A stretch of 32,000 bases of DNA from Mesoplasma florum L1 (GTDB lineage Bacteria; Bacillota_I; Bacilli_A; Mycoplasmatales; Mycoplasmataceae), in the NCBI RefSeq assembly GCF_000008305.1, contig NC_006055.1, forward strand, positions 630,001 to 662,000, written 5' to 3'. Both the position numbers and the translations under genes were made by a program. Of the stretch, positions 9,879 to 21,146 are shown in pieces (position 1 is the stretch's first letter; each line of letters opens with the position of its first letter). The notes under the pieces were generated by a model, which saw nothing but the letters and a program-made list of their open reading frames with translations, made no database searches and was not told the origin of the DNA.

Positions 9879-10592
9879 TTAAATAGTTGCATTGTGATAT
9901 ACATTTTGTACATCTTCTAATTCATCAAGTTTATCCAATAAAGTTTGTAATTGTTGTTTTAATTCAGCATCTGAAACTTCAATATAGTCATCTATTGGAA
10001 TTAACTTTATTTCTGACATTAAGTATTCTTCAATACCTAATTCATCAAGTGAGTGTTTAACTGCATTAAATGATTTATATGGAGCTGTAACAATGATCAT
10101 GTCTTCTTCAACTTCAACATCATTTACATCAACTTCACTCATCATTAATTGTTCAAGTACTTCTTCTTCTGTTTTACCTTTAAAAGCAAACATTGAAACT
10201 TCTTCAAACATAAAAGCAACTTTTCCTTCGGGATTACCATGATTTTTATTAAATACTTCTCTAATATTGGCAGCTGCACGGTTAACATTACTTGTTAAAG
10301 CATCAACTATAATTGCTGTATTTCCTGGACCCATACCTTCATATCTATTTGATACGTAGTTTTCTGCGTCTCCTCCAGTTGCTCTTTTAATAGCTCTATC
10401 AATAACTTCTTTTGGAATTTGATTTGATTTGGCTTTATCAATTAAAGCTCTTAATGCTAAGTTTGAAGATGGATCAGATCCACCTGCTTTGGCTGCCATA
10501 TAAATTTCTTTACTTGCTCTACCATTAGCTGCAGATTTTTTTGCAGCTGTTTTAGCCATTGAGGCGGCGCGGACTTCGTGTGCTCTTCCCAT
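9879..10592 (-). CDS. yebC: YebC/PmpR family transcriptional regulator or translation-related protein
   Basis: 237 aa 'MGRAHEVRAASMAKTAAKKSAANGRASKEIYMAAKAGGSDPSSNLALRALIDKAKSNQIPKEVIDRAIKRA...YEGMGPGNTAIIVDALTSNVNRAAANIREVFNKNHG'. Confidence 0.95.
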   Translation of the reverse strand: MGRAHEVRAASMAKTAAKKSAANGRASKEIYMAAKAGGSDPSSNLALRALIDKAKSNQIPKEVIDRAIKRATGGDAENYVSNRYEGMGPGNTAIIVDALTSNVNRAAANIREVFNKNHGNPEGKVAFMFEEVSMFAFKGKTEEEVLEQLMMSEVDVNDVEVEEDMIIVTAPYKSFNAVKHSLDELGIEEYLMSEIKLIPIDDYIEVSDAELKQQLQTLLDKLDELEDVQNVYHNATI

Positions 10593-10593
10593 A

Positions 10594-11214
10594 TTAAAAC
10601 TCCTTTTTAATTTTTTCTATATTTCTTATAACTTCTTCAACTTTTTCGTTTAAGTTATCATTGTTTGCATCAATTACTAAAAATGGAAAATCATTTTTAT
10701 GTTCTTGATAATATTCTTCGTATGATTCATTCAATATTTTTCAATAGTTTTTGTCAATGCTTAATTCAGCAGCTCTTCCTCTTTCATTGATTCTTCTAAT
10801 TGAAGTTTCATCTGAAACCTTTAAGTAAACAACTAAATCAAACTTTAATCTATCATTAGGATATCTTAAGTTTTCTGATACAACATATTGGAAAAAATCA
10901 CAATATGTTTTGTAGTCTGTGTCATTAACATTTCCCATTTTATGACCAACATTCATGAAAATCGGATCTTCAATAATTGTTCTGTCAAAAATTTTATTTT
11001 TTAAATCTTTTGCTGCAAATAATTGTTTTGATCTAGCTGTTAACATAAATATTTGCATTCTAAAAGCATAAGCCTTAATATCTTTGTAATAATCTTCAAA
11101 GTAGGGGTTTTCATCTATTGGCTCAGGAAAAATTTCATAATTTAATCTTTCTGATAATTCTTGTGATATTGATGATTTACCTGCTCCTACTGTTCCAAAA
11201 ATTGCTATTTTCAT
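10594..11214 (-). CDS. Deoxynucleoside kinase (dGK/dAK/dCK family)
   Basis: 'MKIAIFGTVGAGKSSISQELSERLNYEIFPEPIDENPYFEDYY' P-loop, 'IFDRTIIEDPIF', 'DLVVYLKVSDETSIRRINERGR'. Confidence 0.9.
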
Positions 11215-11227
11215 AATATATACCTCT

Positions 11228-11983
11228 TTATTTAATTTTTAAGTCTTCTTTTCTTTTTGTTGATTGATAAATTCCATAGAATTTTTTAACCTCATGAGGT
11301 TTTAATTCTCTATATCTTCCAACTTCTAAATCATCAACTTCCAAAAATTCAATTTTAGTTCTTTTTAATTTCATTAAGTTAGCTTCAATAGCTGAAAACA
11401 TTTGTTTAACGTGGTGTTTTTTACCTTCTGCAATTGTCATTTCAATAATTGATTGATCTTTTTCTTGATCATAATTTAATAATTCTGCCTGAATTGCTTT
11501 TGTAAAGTAATCATCTTCAATTTTTACACCTTTAAGTAATTGGTTAACTTGTTGTTTTGAAACTTTACCTTTACATAAACCTTGATAAGTTTTAAAGAAT
11601 TCATATCTTGGGTGCATAACAAAATTTGCAAATTCACCATCATTAGTCATTATAATTAAGCCACTAACATCATAATCAAGTCTTCCAACAGGATAAACTC
11701 TAGTTGGTACGTCTTTAAAATAATCTGCAACTGTTTTACGTTGTTTAGGATCATACATTGTTGTTAAAACAAGTCTTGGTTTATTAAATAAATAATAAAA
11801 CTTTTCATTGTTCTTAGTTGTTTGTTTACCGTTAACTTCAATATCAGCATCAGTACTTGTTTTAAAACCAAGTTCAGTGATAACTACACCATTTACTTTA
11901 ACTTTTCCCTCAACTATTAATTTTTCAGCGTTTCTTCTTGAAGTAACACCCCTAGCTGAAATTATTTTCTGTAATCTTTCCAT
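11228..11983 (-). CDS. rluB: Pseudouridine synthase (RsuA/RluB family)
   Basis: 251 aa: S4 domain 'MERLQKIISARGVTSRRNAEKLIVEGKVKVNG', catalytic region 'YPVGRLDYDVSGLIIMTNDGEFAN', and 'IAEGKKHHVKQM'. Confidence 0.95.
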   Translation of the reverse strand: MERLQKIISARGVTSRRNAEKLIVEGKVKVNGVVITELGFKTSTDADIEVNGKQTTKNNEKFYYLFNKPRLVLTTMYDPKQRKTVADYFKDVPTRVYPVGRLDYDVSGLIIMTNDGEFANFVMHPRYEFFKTYQGLCKGKVSKQQVNQLLKGVKIEDDYFTKAIQAELLNYDQEKDQSIIEMTIAEGKKHHVKQMFSAIEANLMKLKRTKIEFLEVDDLEVGRYRELKPHEVKKFYGIYQSTKRKEDLKIK

Positions 11984-12612
11984 TAAAACATTCCTTCTGA
12001 GTCATCTTCCTCAAAAACATCTTCTTCTGAGATCATTTCTTCAGTAACTTTAATTTCTTCTTCAAAATTGTTTTCTTCATCTTGATTTTTATATGAAGCA
12101 AAATCTATTTGAGGTAAAGCTTCAAATCCACCTGTTATATTAAATAATTTAAAAAAGTTATCTGTTATTGTATAAAGATTTGCACCTGTTGAAGTTTTAC
12201 CAACTGCTTTAATTAATTTTTTTTGTCTTAATCTATAAATTTGGTATGAACATTCTGCTTGTCTTATCAACTCAATATCATGTTTTGAAATAGGACCTTT
12301 ATAAACAATGATTGATAAAACTTCGATACTTGAATTTGATAATCTTGAATTATTTACTTCTAATTCTAATTTAGCAAAGTATTCGTGCAATTCTGGTTTA
12401 GTTTGTAATCTATATTTATTTTTTCCAAATTTTTGAATTGAAAAAGCACAATCAGGATCTGAAGAATATTTTTTTTCTAATTCTAATATAGCTTCTTGGA
12501 TTGTAACTGGTCTAACATCTTCAAGTACATTTTGTAAGTCTAGTAAACTAATACCATCATCACCATATACGAATAATAAACCCTCAACTATTGCTTTAAT
12601 ATTGCTATTCAT
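11983..12612 (-). CDS. scpB: Segregation and condensation protein B
   Basis: 'KAIVEGLLFVYGDDGISLLDLQNVL...YRLQTKPELHEYFAKL...LSNSSIEVLSIIVYKGPISKHDIELIR...KKLIKAVGKTSTGANLYTITDNFFKLF'; adjacent to scpA. Confidence 0.93.
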   Translation of the reverse strand: MNSNIKAIVEGLLFVYGDDGISLLDLQNVLEDVRPVTIQEAILELEKKYSSDPDCAFSIQKFGKNKYRLQTKPELHEYFAKLELEVNNSRLSNSSIEVLSIIVYKGPISKHDIELIRQAECSYQIYRLRQKKLIKAVGKTSTGANLYTITDNFFKLFNITGGFEALPQIDFASYKNQDEENNFEEEIKVTEEMISEEDVFEEDDSEGMF

Positions 12613-13438
12613 ATTCTTCTACCTCTTCTATTCTTCTTAATACAGATTCATCAGCTAAAGCTTCAGATGTGAATCTAAATTCTAATGTATCATTCTTTTG
12701 ATTAATAACAGCAACTTGATGTCTTACCATATCTAGTACAGCTAAAAAAGTTGAAATTAAATTAATTAAGTTTAATTCATATCCAGTGATAACTTCTTCA
12801 AGTCTTCACTCTTTATGTTTGTTTGTTTTCATAACATCAACAATTGATCTTGCAATTACTTGTGGAGAAATAATTTCATTTTGGATAGGTGCATAAGCAT
12901 CTTCTAACAACATATTTTCATCATACTCAAAATCTTCATCAAAGTTTTGAGCTCTTTGTAAAATTGATTGGAATATTTCAGCGAATTCGTCAATACCAAT
13001 ATCAAGTGGGTTTACCATTAGTTCATCATTTCTATCTGCAATAGATTGAATAAATGATTTTTTTGTTTTTGGTTTTGAAAAAGTCTTTAAATATTCTTCT
13101 TGTTTATTATAGAAATATTCACTAACTTCTTTAATTTGTCCATATTGATTAATTTGCTCCAATAAATCCTCAAACATCAATTCTTCTTCAGAATCATCAT
13201 CGTCATTTGGAAGCAATATTCTTGATTTCATTTCAATCATTTGAGCTGCTAAAACTAAATATTCACTAGCTAATTCAATATCTAATTTTTGTTGTCCCTC
13301 AATATATTTTAAATATTGATCAATTATTTCACTTAAATTAATTTCAAAGATATCAATCTTTTTATCTTTAACCATGTTTCACAATAGGTCTAAAGGACCT
13401 GAGAAATTGGAAATATTTAATTCGTCTCAATGTTGCAT
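12605..13438 (-). CDS. scpA: Segregation and condensation protein A
   Basis: Code-4 ORF of 277 aa: 'MQHWDELNISNFSGPLDLLWNMVKDKKIDIFEINLSEIIDQYLKYIEGQQKLDIELASEYLVLAAQMIEMKSRILLP...'. Confidence 0.93.
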
Positions 13439-13488
13439 GTTATTTCTCCTTGTTTATTTACTATTTTATAATAAATAAAATTCTTTTC

Positions 13489-14328
13489 CTATTTATTAAC
13501 TTGATTTAATTTTATTAATTTTAGTAATTCGTCATCGTTTTTTAAATCTCTATGCATTTGAATTAATGTTCGAGCAACTAAAACGAATAATAGTTCTGTT
13601 TCTAATGCTATGTTATATTTTGATTTTGGATCTGTAAAAGAATGTTCTAGATTGTTTCTTAATTTTCTTATGTAATGAAATGAAACTGATTTATTTAATA
13701 TTTTTAAATAATCTGCAAAAGCTAATTTTCTAACTGTTGTTTTGAATAGTGGCATTGATACTGAATCAAAATCTTTTGTAAAAATAAAATTACTTTTAAC
13801 ATCAATGCTCTTTAAATTGTATTTATCCACAAAAAATACATTAATAAACATTAACTTATCAAAAATTGAATATAAATATTTATACATAACCAATTGATCA
13901 TGAAATTCTAGTTCATTAATTGCAAATCTCTCATTGACACTATCATATGATTTGCTTTTAGAAGATTTATTAATGTAATAGTTAACAATCATTTTTATTT
14001 CAGAATAAATATAAAAGTCAAAAAAGTAATTTTTAATTGTCATTAAAGAAAGTAGAGTTTTTAAAAGATATAAAAATTCATGTGTATCTTTTGTTGAAAC
14101 AACTTTTTTACTTGGTTTAATATCAATATCTAAAATTCTATTATTTTTGATCAAATTAATATTAAGTCTGTGAGAAATTGTTGAATCTTTTAAAATTACT
14201 TCATCAATCATATTTGCGATAAAAAATAAAATATCGTCAGCTTCAGACTGCTTAATTCTTTTATTCTTAACTATTTTAATTAATTGTTTTATTTTTTCTG
14301 AATAATCAATTAATTTTAATTCATTCAT
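13489..14328 (-). CDS. Hypothetical protein with C-terminal HEPN-like RX4H motif
   Basis: Uninterrupted 279-aa ORF in the operon orientation. Contains 'HYIRKLRNNLEHSFTDPKSKYNIALETELLFVLVARTLIQMH'. No confident family assignment. Confidence 0.85.
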   Translation of the reverse strand: MNELKLIDYSEKIKQLIKIVKNKRIKQSEADDILFFIANMIDEVILKDSTISHRLNINLIKNNRILDIDIKPSKKVVSTKDTHEFLYLLKTLLSLMTIKNYFFDFYIYSEIKMIVNYYINKSSKSKSYDSVNERFAINELEFHDQLVMYKYLYSIFDKLMFINVFFVDKYNLKSIDVKSNFIFTKDFDSVSMPLFKTTVRKLAFADYLKILNKSVSFHYIRKLRNNLEHSFTDPKSKYNIALETELLFVLVARTLIQMHRDLKNDDELLKLIKLNQVNK

Positions 14329-14344
14329 AAATTTCTCCTTTCTT

Positions 14345-14914
14345 TTAATTACTAATTATTTCAAATGCATTTGCATGTCATTTATAAATTCTAATGAATA
14401 TTTCATTTTGTTCTTTAAAAAATGATTTAATCATTTCACCAGTTATTTTATTGTCTAACTGTTCATTATGTTCTATTAATTTTTTATCTGAAAAAATAAT
14501 AACTTGTTTTTTTATTCATTCAGCTAATTTAGCCGCATGTTGCTTTTCTTCTAAAGTTAAAGTTTTGTTATTATATTTAACTTCAAAATCATCTTTAATA
14601 TCAGAATTTAAATTTTTATAAGTTATAACTTCTTTAAACATTGTTTGTTTAATTGACTCATGAAATTTATTTTCAAAATCATCTATTTCTTCTTGTTCAA
14701 TAAACAACATACCAAATAAATCAGAAGGCTTAACAAATTTATGATTATTATATGAAGCTATTTTACTAACTACTTCTTCAAACTTTTCGTAAAGTGATTT
14801 GCTTATTGTAATTTTATTTTCATTTTCAAAATATTTTATAAAATCACGAAATACTTTATTATTTAAATTTTCATCTATTTTAATATCATTAATTTTTTCA
14901 AAATTATTTTTCAT
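14345..14914 (-). CDS. Hypothetical soluble protein (189 aa)
   Basis: Code-4 ORF 'MKNNFEKINDIKIDENLNNKVFRDFIKYFENENKITISKSLYEKFEEVV...ITGEMIKSFFKEQNEIFIRIYKWHANAFEIISN'. No family recognised. Confidence 0.8.
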
Positions 14915-14923
14915 ATATTCCTC

Positions 14924-16408
14924 TTATTCTGTAACTATTCTTGAATTAATTTTTCTTTCAACTGATTGTTTTTCATACTCAGAAAAAATATGTTTAATAT
15001 TTGCGTAATCAACAAATTCTGCAATAACTTGATCAATTCAAATAACTGTTAAAAATAAATAAATACTATTTATAAAGAATAAAGCTGCTGCAGTTATTCT
15101 AATAACAATTTTTAAATTATTCTCAAAAGCAATAATATTATCTATATTTGTTTCTGCAATTATTGCTTCAATTGATTGGTAAGTAAATAAACCAGATTTA
15201 GTATAAATAATTGAATTAAAAACAAAAATAACTAAGAATTGACCTACAAGTAATGCTGAGGCGATAAAACCAGTTACTGGAACACCTTTTGTTGCTCTAT
15301 AGTTTCACATAATTGCGAATCCAAATCACATGTAAAATAATATAAAATATGACGCACCAAATATTAAATTAGAAATAACCATTCAAGTAGGATTAATAAT
15401 AAATGTACTAATTAATAGTGCTATTCCTGAGATTACAATTAGACCATAAATTAGATTTTTAACTCCAATCTTTGGTAATAAAATTTTATACAATGTATAA
15501 CCTATTGCAAATTGTCCAAATATAAATAATGCTTGGTATTTTCTATCTAAAGTTGATAATCATTCAACGTCATTATTACTTATTTTTGAATTTGTTACAA
15601 AATACATTCTAAATATTGGTGACTGAACAAAACCATAAATAACACCCAGTAATAAAGTTAAAATAATTAATTTTACCAAAGTTGATTTAGAGTATTTTAT
15701 TAATTCCTCTTTTAAAACTAATCTAAATTCACCAATTTTATTTTTATTTTCTGTTCCAATTTTAAAACTTATTAATAAAGAAATTAACAGACAGATAATT
15801 ACAAAAATATTTAGAATTATAAGTTTATCAGTTAGGAAGTTATTTAAACTTATTATTCAATTACCAATAAATGTTGCAAATGTTATAACAAACCCAACTG
15901 AGAAAGAAACTTTTAATGCAAATAGTCTATTGTATTTTTGCTCATTTAAATATAAAAAGTATAAACTCTGTGAAGAAATGCTTATGGCCAATATAATCGC
16001 TTGCAAAATAATAATAAATTTAAATCAAGCACTGTCATTTAATGGAATCAATAAAAGCATTGAAGCAGCAATTGACGCAATAATTGAAGATCTTATTCAT
16101 ATATTTCTGCTTCTAATTTTTCCTGTTATTCAAGTTGCTAGTGGTTTCATTAAAATAGCAAATAAAATTGAACTACCAAATAATAGCAATACAACAATTA
16201 TGGCTGGTGGTGTGTTATGAAAAGTATCAGTTAAAATGTTTGAATTTTCTTGTATCAAAATAGCATTCATAACTCATACGATTAAAGTCTGCATATAAAA
16301 TCAAAATAATTTTTTTTCAAAATTAAGTTTTTTGTAAATGAAGTATAAGAATAAAAAACCTAAAACAATTACAAAAGGAACAACAATAATTAAATCTCAA
16401 TTATTCAT
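14924..16408 (-). CDS. Multi-pass membrane transporter, MFS-like
   Basis: Code-4 ORF of 494 aa with about 12 hydrophobic segments: 'MNNWDLIIVVPFVIVLGFLFLYFIYKKLNF...GFVQSPIFRMYF...ALFIFGQFAIGYTLYKILLPKIGVKNLIYGLIVISGIALL...'. RBS GAGGAA-like. Substrate unknown. Confidence 0.6.
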
Positions 16409-16409
16409 G

Positions 16410-18071
16410 TTACATTGTTTCTAAAGCACTGACACCAATGATGTTAAATGCATTAGTCAATACTTGTAAAACAGACAATACCAATCCCAATCTTGCTTCA
16501 CTTGTTGGCACATCATTTTCATCAAGAATTTTTGTATCAGCATAGTATGAGTGGAATTGTTTACATACAGTTTGAATGTATTCACATATTAATTGAGGCG
16601 CTCTATTTTTTGCAGACATTTGGATAACTTGATTGAAGTTGTCTAATGTTAACAATAACTCAACTTCTTTTTTGTTTGATAATAAGTTAGATACGTTTAA
16701 ATTTGCTTTTATATTTTTTTGATCAGCTTGATTTAAAATTGAATGACATCTTGCTGTTGCATATTGAGCATAGTAAACAGGGTTTGTTGCATTTTTTTGT
16801 TGAACTAAATCTAAATCTAAATCCATGTGTGAACTACTTGATTTAGAAGCTAACATATATCTTAAAGCATCTTTTCCAACCATTTCCATAATGTCAACTA
16901 ATCAAACAGCAGTACCTTTTCTTTTACTCATTTTGTATTCTTTACCATCTTTAATAAGCCTTACCATTTGGACCATTTCAATTTCTAAAATGTCAGGATT
17001 ATGGCCTAAAAGTTGTAGTCCTGCTCTCATTCTAGGAATATATCCGTGGTGATCTCCACCTCAGATGTTAATTAAAACATCTGCATGAGTTCTTTGAATT
17101 CTAATGTTGTGAGTAGCTAGATCAGGAACAATGTAAGTTAGTGATCCGTCTTTTTTAACAAGAACACGATCTTTGTCATCCCCAAATTCAGTTGTTTTCA
17201 ATCATAAAGCTCCATCTGCTTCATAAGTAGCATTTTTTTCTTTATATTCTTTTAAAAGTTTTTCAATCTGATTTGTATCATACATTTCTTGTTCACTTGA
17301 ATAATGATCAATAACTACACCAAAATCTTTTAATTGTTGTTTGATTTCAGTTAAGAAATGTTGAACTGCTTCTTTTCTAAAAATTTGGTGAGTTTCTTCA
17401 TCTGAAATAGCTGTTTCAGTAAAAGTTAAATTTTTAAATTTATCACCATATTTTTGAATCATTATATTTGCTAAATCATCATAAAATGTTCCACCATAAG
17501 TATTAGCAGGTTTTTCTGTTTCAATACCTAAAGCTCAAAGATAATGAACAAAAACAGTAACTGCTAAAATATTTATTTGATTACCAGCATCGTTTGTGTA
17601 GAATTCAGTCTGAACTTCATAACCATCAAATTTCAAAACCTCTTCTAATACTGATCCTGTTACCGCATTTCTTGCATGACCTACGTGTAAAAATCCAGTT
17701 GGGTTAGCTGATACGTATTCAATATTAATAATTTTATTCTTAATTTTATTTTTACCGTACGCTTCTTTTAAAGTTGTAATATTTTTAATTGTTGTTGAAA
17801 GCAATTCTGTTTTTAATTTAATGTTAATAAAACCTGGTCCAGCAATTTCTATTTGGTCATAGTAATCTTTTTGTAATAATTCATTTTTAATATTTTCTGC
17901 TAATTGAATAGGATTTTGTTTCAACTCTTTTGCACTCATTAAAGCAAGAGTTGTAGAAAAATGACTATCAATATTATTTTTGTTAATTTCAACAATTGGG
18001 TCTTTTGATATATTAAATTTTTGCGCAATTTCTTTTAAGTCTTTTTTGACTATGCTAATTATGTTTTCCAT
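16410..18071 (-). CDS. argS: Arginyl-tRNA synthetase
   Basis: Code-4 ORF of 553 aa: '[51 protein letters not shown]' (HxGH motif), '[15 protein letters not shown]', '[18 protein letters not shown]', C-terminal '[14 protein letters not shown]'. Confidence 0.97.
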
Positions 18072-18122
18072 TTTTATTCCCACCTTCTAAGGAAAAAACA
18101 TTTGTATAACAAATGTTTTAAT

Positions 18123-18668
18123 CTATATTGCCATTAATTCTTTTTCTTTAACTTTTGATATTTCGTCTAATTGCTTAATACTTGAGTCTGTTAATTTTTG
18201 AATATCTGTTTCAATACCTTTAACAACATCTTCACTTATTGATTTATCTTTTTTAGCTGTATCGATTGAATCTCTACGAATATTTCTAATACGTACTTTA
18301 AAGTTTTCTAATTCTTTATTCATTTTTTTAACTAAATCTTTTCTGATTTCTTCTGTTAAAGCTGGTATGTTTATTCTTACAACCTCAGCATCAGAAACTG
18401 GATTTAAATTTAAATCTGATTTATTAATTGCTGCAACCACTTCTTGAATTAAAGTTTTGTCTCAAGGTTTGATTACTAACAATTGTGGTTCAGGTGTTGA
18501 TATTTGAGCAGTTTGATTAACGGGAGTTGGAGTTCCATAGTAATTAACCATAACTTTGTCTAGCATTGTAGCACTTGCTCTACCTGTTCTAATTGTTTTT
18601 ATATGTTCTTGTCAAGCAACAACAGTATCTTCCATTTGTTGTTCTGCTATTAATAAAATTTCATCCAT
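18123..18668 (-). CDS. frr: Ribosome recycling factor
   Basis: Code-4 ORF of 181 aa: '[59 protein letters not shown]...[48 protein letters not shown]'. Confidence 0.97.
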
Positions 18669-18679
18669 ATTTTTTTCCT

Positions 18680-19396
18680 CTATTCTTCTATTATTGTTGA
18701 TTCTAATGAACCTTCCATAACCTTAATTATGTTGTTTTGTCCTTGCATGTCAAATACTTCAATTGGAAGTTTTGCATCCTTAGCCAATGTTGCAGCTGTT
18801 AAATCCATTACGCGTAATTGATTTTCAGCTATTTCACGATGAGTTAATTTTTTATAAAATTTTGCATTCGGATTTAAATTTGGATCTGAGTCATAAACTC
18901 CTTTTACTCCATTTTTTGCCATCAATACTGCATCAGCACCAATTTCGATTGCACGGATTACTGAATTAGTATCTGTTGTAAAGTAAGAGAACCCTGTACC
19001 ACCAACAAAAATTGAAATGTAGCCTTCATTCATTTTTAAACGAGCTCTTTTAAAGTTGTAATCATCTGTAACTGTTTCAATTGGTAAAGAAGAATAAACA
19101 TTAACTTTGTCATATCCTAATCGTTTGATAGTTGATTCAAGTGCTAAACCATTCATAACAGTTGCTAACATTCCCATGTAGTCAGCATTAATTTGTGGCA
19201 TATCAATATCAGTTCCAAGTTTACCTCTTCAGATATTTCCTCCACCAATAACGATTCCTAATTTTAATCCATTTTTTGCTAACTCAACAATTTGTTTAGC
19301 AATGTCTTCTAATTTTTCTTTGTTGTAAATTTCATTTTCGCTTTTTAAAGCTTCACCGCTCAGTTTTAATAAAACTGTACTATATTTATATTTCAT
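18680..19396 (-). CDS. pyrH: UMP kinase
   Basis: Code-4 ORF: 'YSTVLLKLSGEAL...LGIVIGGGNIWRGK...DMPQINADYMGMLATVMNGLAL...IFVGGTGFSYFTTDTNSVIRAIEIGADAVLMAKNGVKGVYDSDP'. Confidence 0.98.
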
Positions 19397-19442
19397 ATTA
19401 AATACCTCATTCATCTTATTTATTATACCCAAAATAGACAAT

Positions 19443-19470
19443 AAAAAAAGTATTCATAATAGAATACTTG
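19443..19470 (-). terminator. Rho-independent terminator
   Basis: Minus strand AAGTATTC-TATTAT-GAATACTT followed by a T run (8-bp perfect stem). Confidence 0.8.
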
Positions 19471-19483
19471 CTATTTATTTTAG

Positions 19484-19792
19484 GTTATTTTTTAATAAAT
19501 TTTTATCTTTTATGAAAAATAAATAAACTGTTAATATAACTGAAATAAATTCGAGTAATATAGTTATTAAATTCAGAATTCCTCAAGAATTATATAATGT
19601 GTTCATTGTAATCAAAGTATATGTGAATAGACTTATAGATATTATTAGTAAAAATAAAATATAAAAAATTTTATAAGAAATTTGCTTCTTTTTTATCATT
19701 AGAAATAAAAAATAAATAGATACAATAAATGAAACAAAAGATATTAAAATTGCTGAAGTTATTTGTAGTATTTCTATAGTTGAATATCTCAT
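19484..19792 (-). CDS. Small hypothetical membrane protein (102 aa)
   Basis: Code-4 ORF 'MRYSTIEILQITSAILISFVSFIVSIYFLFLMIKKKQISYKIFYILFLLIISISLFTYTLITMNTLYNSWGILNLI...' with about 3 TM segments, followed by a strong terminator. Confidence 0.6.
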
Positions 19793-19793
19793 T

Positions 19794-20537
19794 TTAAAAT
19801 CCTAACTTTCCATAGTTTGATCAATATGATTCAGAATTTTTTGTAAAGTTTGAAAATTTATATCCTTTTTCTTGAAGTGTTTCAATAAATTCAGGTAACC
19901 ACTCTTTTGCATAATCTCTAGTATGGGCAACAAAAATTTGACCTTTTTTTAAATTATCCATATATTGTTTAATAATTTCATTTTTACCGGTTTTTTCTTC
20001 TAAAAAATCTGTTCCTAAATATCCTCTAACTCAAAATGGATTTTTAACTTTACTTTGCACATATCCTAATCCTCTATAATATTGAAGATAAGGCATCCTA
20101 ATTGGTATATCTTTTGATTCAACAATTTTGCCATTTTCGGCATAGGCTTTAATTATCATGTCATTTACATTGTTTAATTCTTTAACTAATTGCTTTTGAT
20201 CATTTATATATTCATTATGATAATAAGAATGATTACCAAGCGTGTGCCCTTCATTTACCATTCTATCTACAACTCTTTTTACTCCTGGTTCTGTTTCATA
20301 TTTTTCTAAATTAATACCGGTCATAAAAAAAGTAGCCTTTATATTATATTGTTTTAAAATATCTAAAATTTGTTCATCAGCAGACGCTGATGGACCATCA
20401 TCAAAAGTTAACATAACAACTTTTTCCTTTGTTTTTATTTTATTTACTTCTTTATTATGACTCATTGAAATAAAACTAAAAATAAAGCATATTAACATTA
20501 AAAAAAATATTATAAGTTTATAAATTTGTTTTTTCAT
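19794..20537 (-). CDS. Polysaccharide deacetylase (NodB homology) family protein with N-terminal membrane anchor/signal
   Basis: Code-4 ORF of 247 aa: 'VVMLTFDDGPSASADEQILDILKQYNIKATFFMTG', 'EGHTLGNHSYYHNEY' (metal-binding HxxxH) and 'IRMPYLQYY', after the hydrophobic N-terminus 'KLIIFFLMLICFIFSFISM'. Confidence 0.88.
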
Positions 20538-20555
20538 TTTGTTCCTTCTTGTAGA

Positions 20556-20580
20556 ATAAAAGCACTCCTAAGAATGCTTT
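20556..20580 (-). terminator. Rho-independent terminator downstream of the 20584..21144 gene
   Basis: Minus strand AAAGCATTC-TTAG-GAGTGCTTT followed by T-rich sequence. Confidence 0.65.
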
Positions 20581-20583
20581 AAA

Positions 20584-21144
20584 CTATTTATTTCTAATTG
20601 TTTTATTATGATATGCTAATGCATCTTCAGTATCAATTTTGATACCTGTCATTTTTTCATCAAAGAATGAAGCATCAACCATTTTTCTACTAAATTTAAC
20701 TTTTTTTGTAACTCTTTTACCTTGTTTGTAAAAAACATAAATATTTTCAGTTCTAGTATCTTTTATAATTTTAACAATATTTTTATTGTCAATTTTTTCT
20801 CCAATTAAATTAACTGAATCTTTTGTTAACGCAACACCAAAGTGTGGTATGAAAAAGAATAAAGCAATTACTGAAGCAGCAATGAAAACCATTCCTATAA
20901 CTGTTGTTACTATAGCACCTGTATTTGCATTTGAATTATCAGGTTTGTAAATTATAGCTGTTATAATTCCCATAATTTCACTTATTGAAATTAATGATAC
21001 AGTTACAATAGGTAAAACTAAACCATATTTTTTTGACTTAGTATCAAGTTTTATAAATTGGTAGTAATAAAATGCTAGTGTTAATAATAAAAGTAATGAA
21101 ACTCCAATTAACACGATACTCATAATTAAAAATTTTGAACTCAT
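20584..21144 (-). CDS. Hypothetical membrane protein
   Basis: 186-aa ORF with about 3 TM segments ('FLIMSIVLIGVSLLLLLTLAFYYYQF', 'GLVLPIVTVSLISISEIMGIITAIIY', 'AIVTTVIGMVFIAASVIALFFFI') and a soluble C-terminal domain. Starts directly after the tsf stop. Confidence 0.75.
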   Translation of the reverse strand: MSSKFLIMSIVLIGVSLLLLLTLAFYYYQFIKLDTKSKKYGLVLPIVTVSLISISEIMGIITAIIYKPDNSNANTGAIVTTVIGMVFIAASVIALFFFIPHFGVALTKDSVNLIGEKIDNKNIVKIIKDTRTENIYVFYKQGKRVTKKVKFSRKMVDASFFDEKMTGIKIDTEDALAYHNKTIRNK

Positions 21145-21146
21145 AA

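Noticed and set aside
15930-16220. + strand ORF of 96 aa
   Set aside because: Antisense to the MFS-like gene; the sense frame is long and membrane-protein-like.
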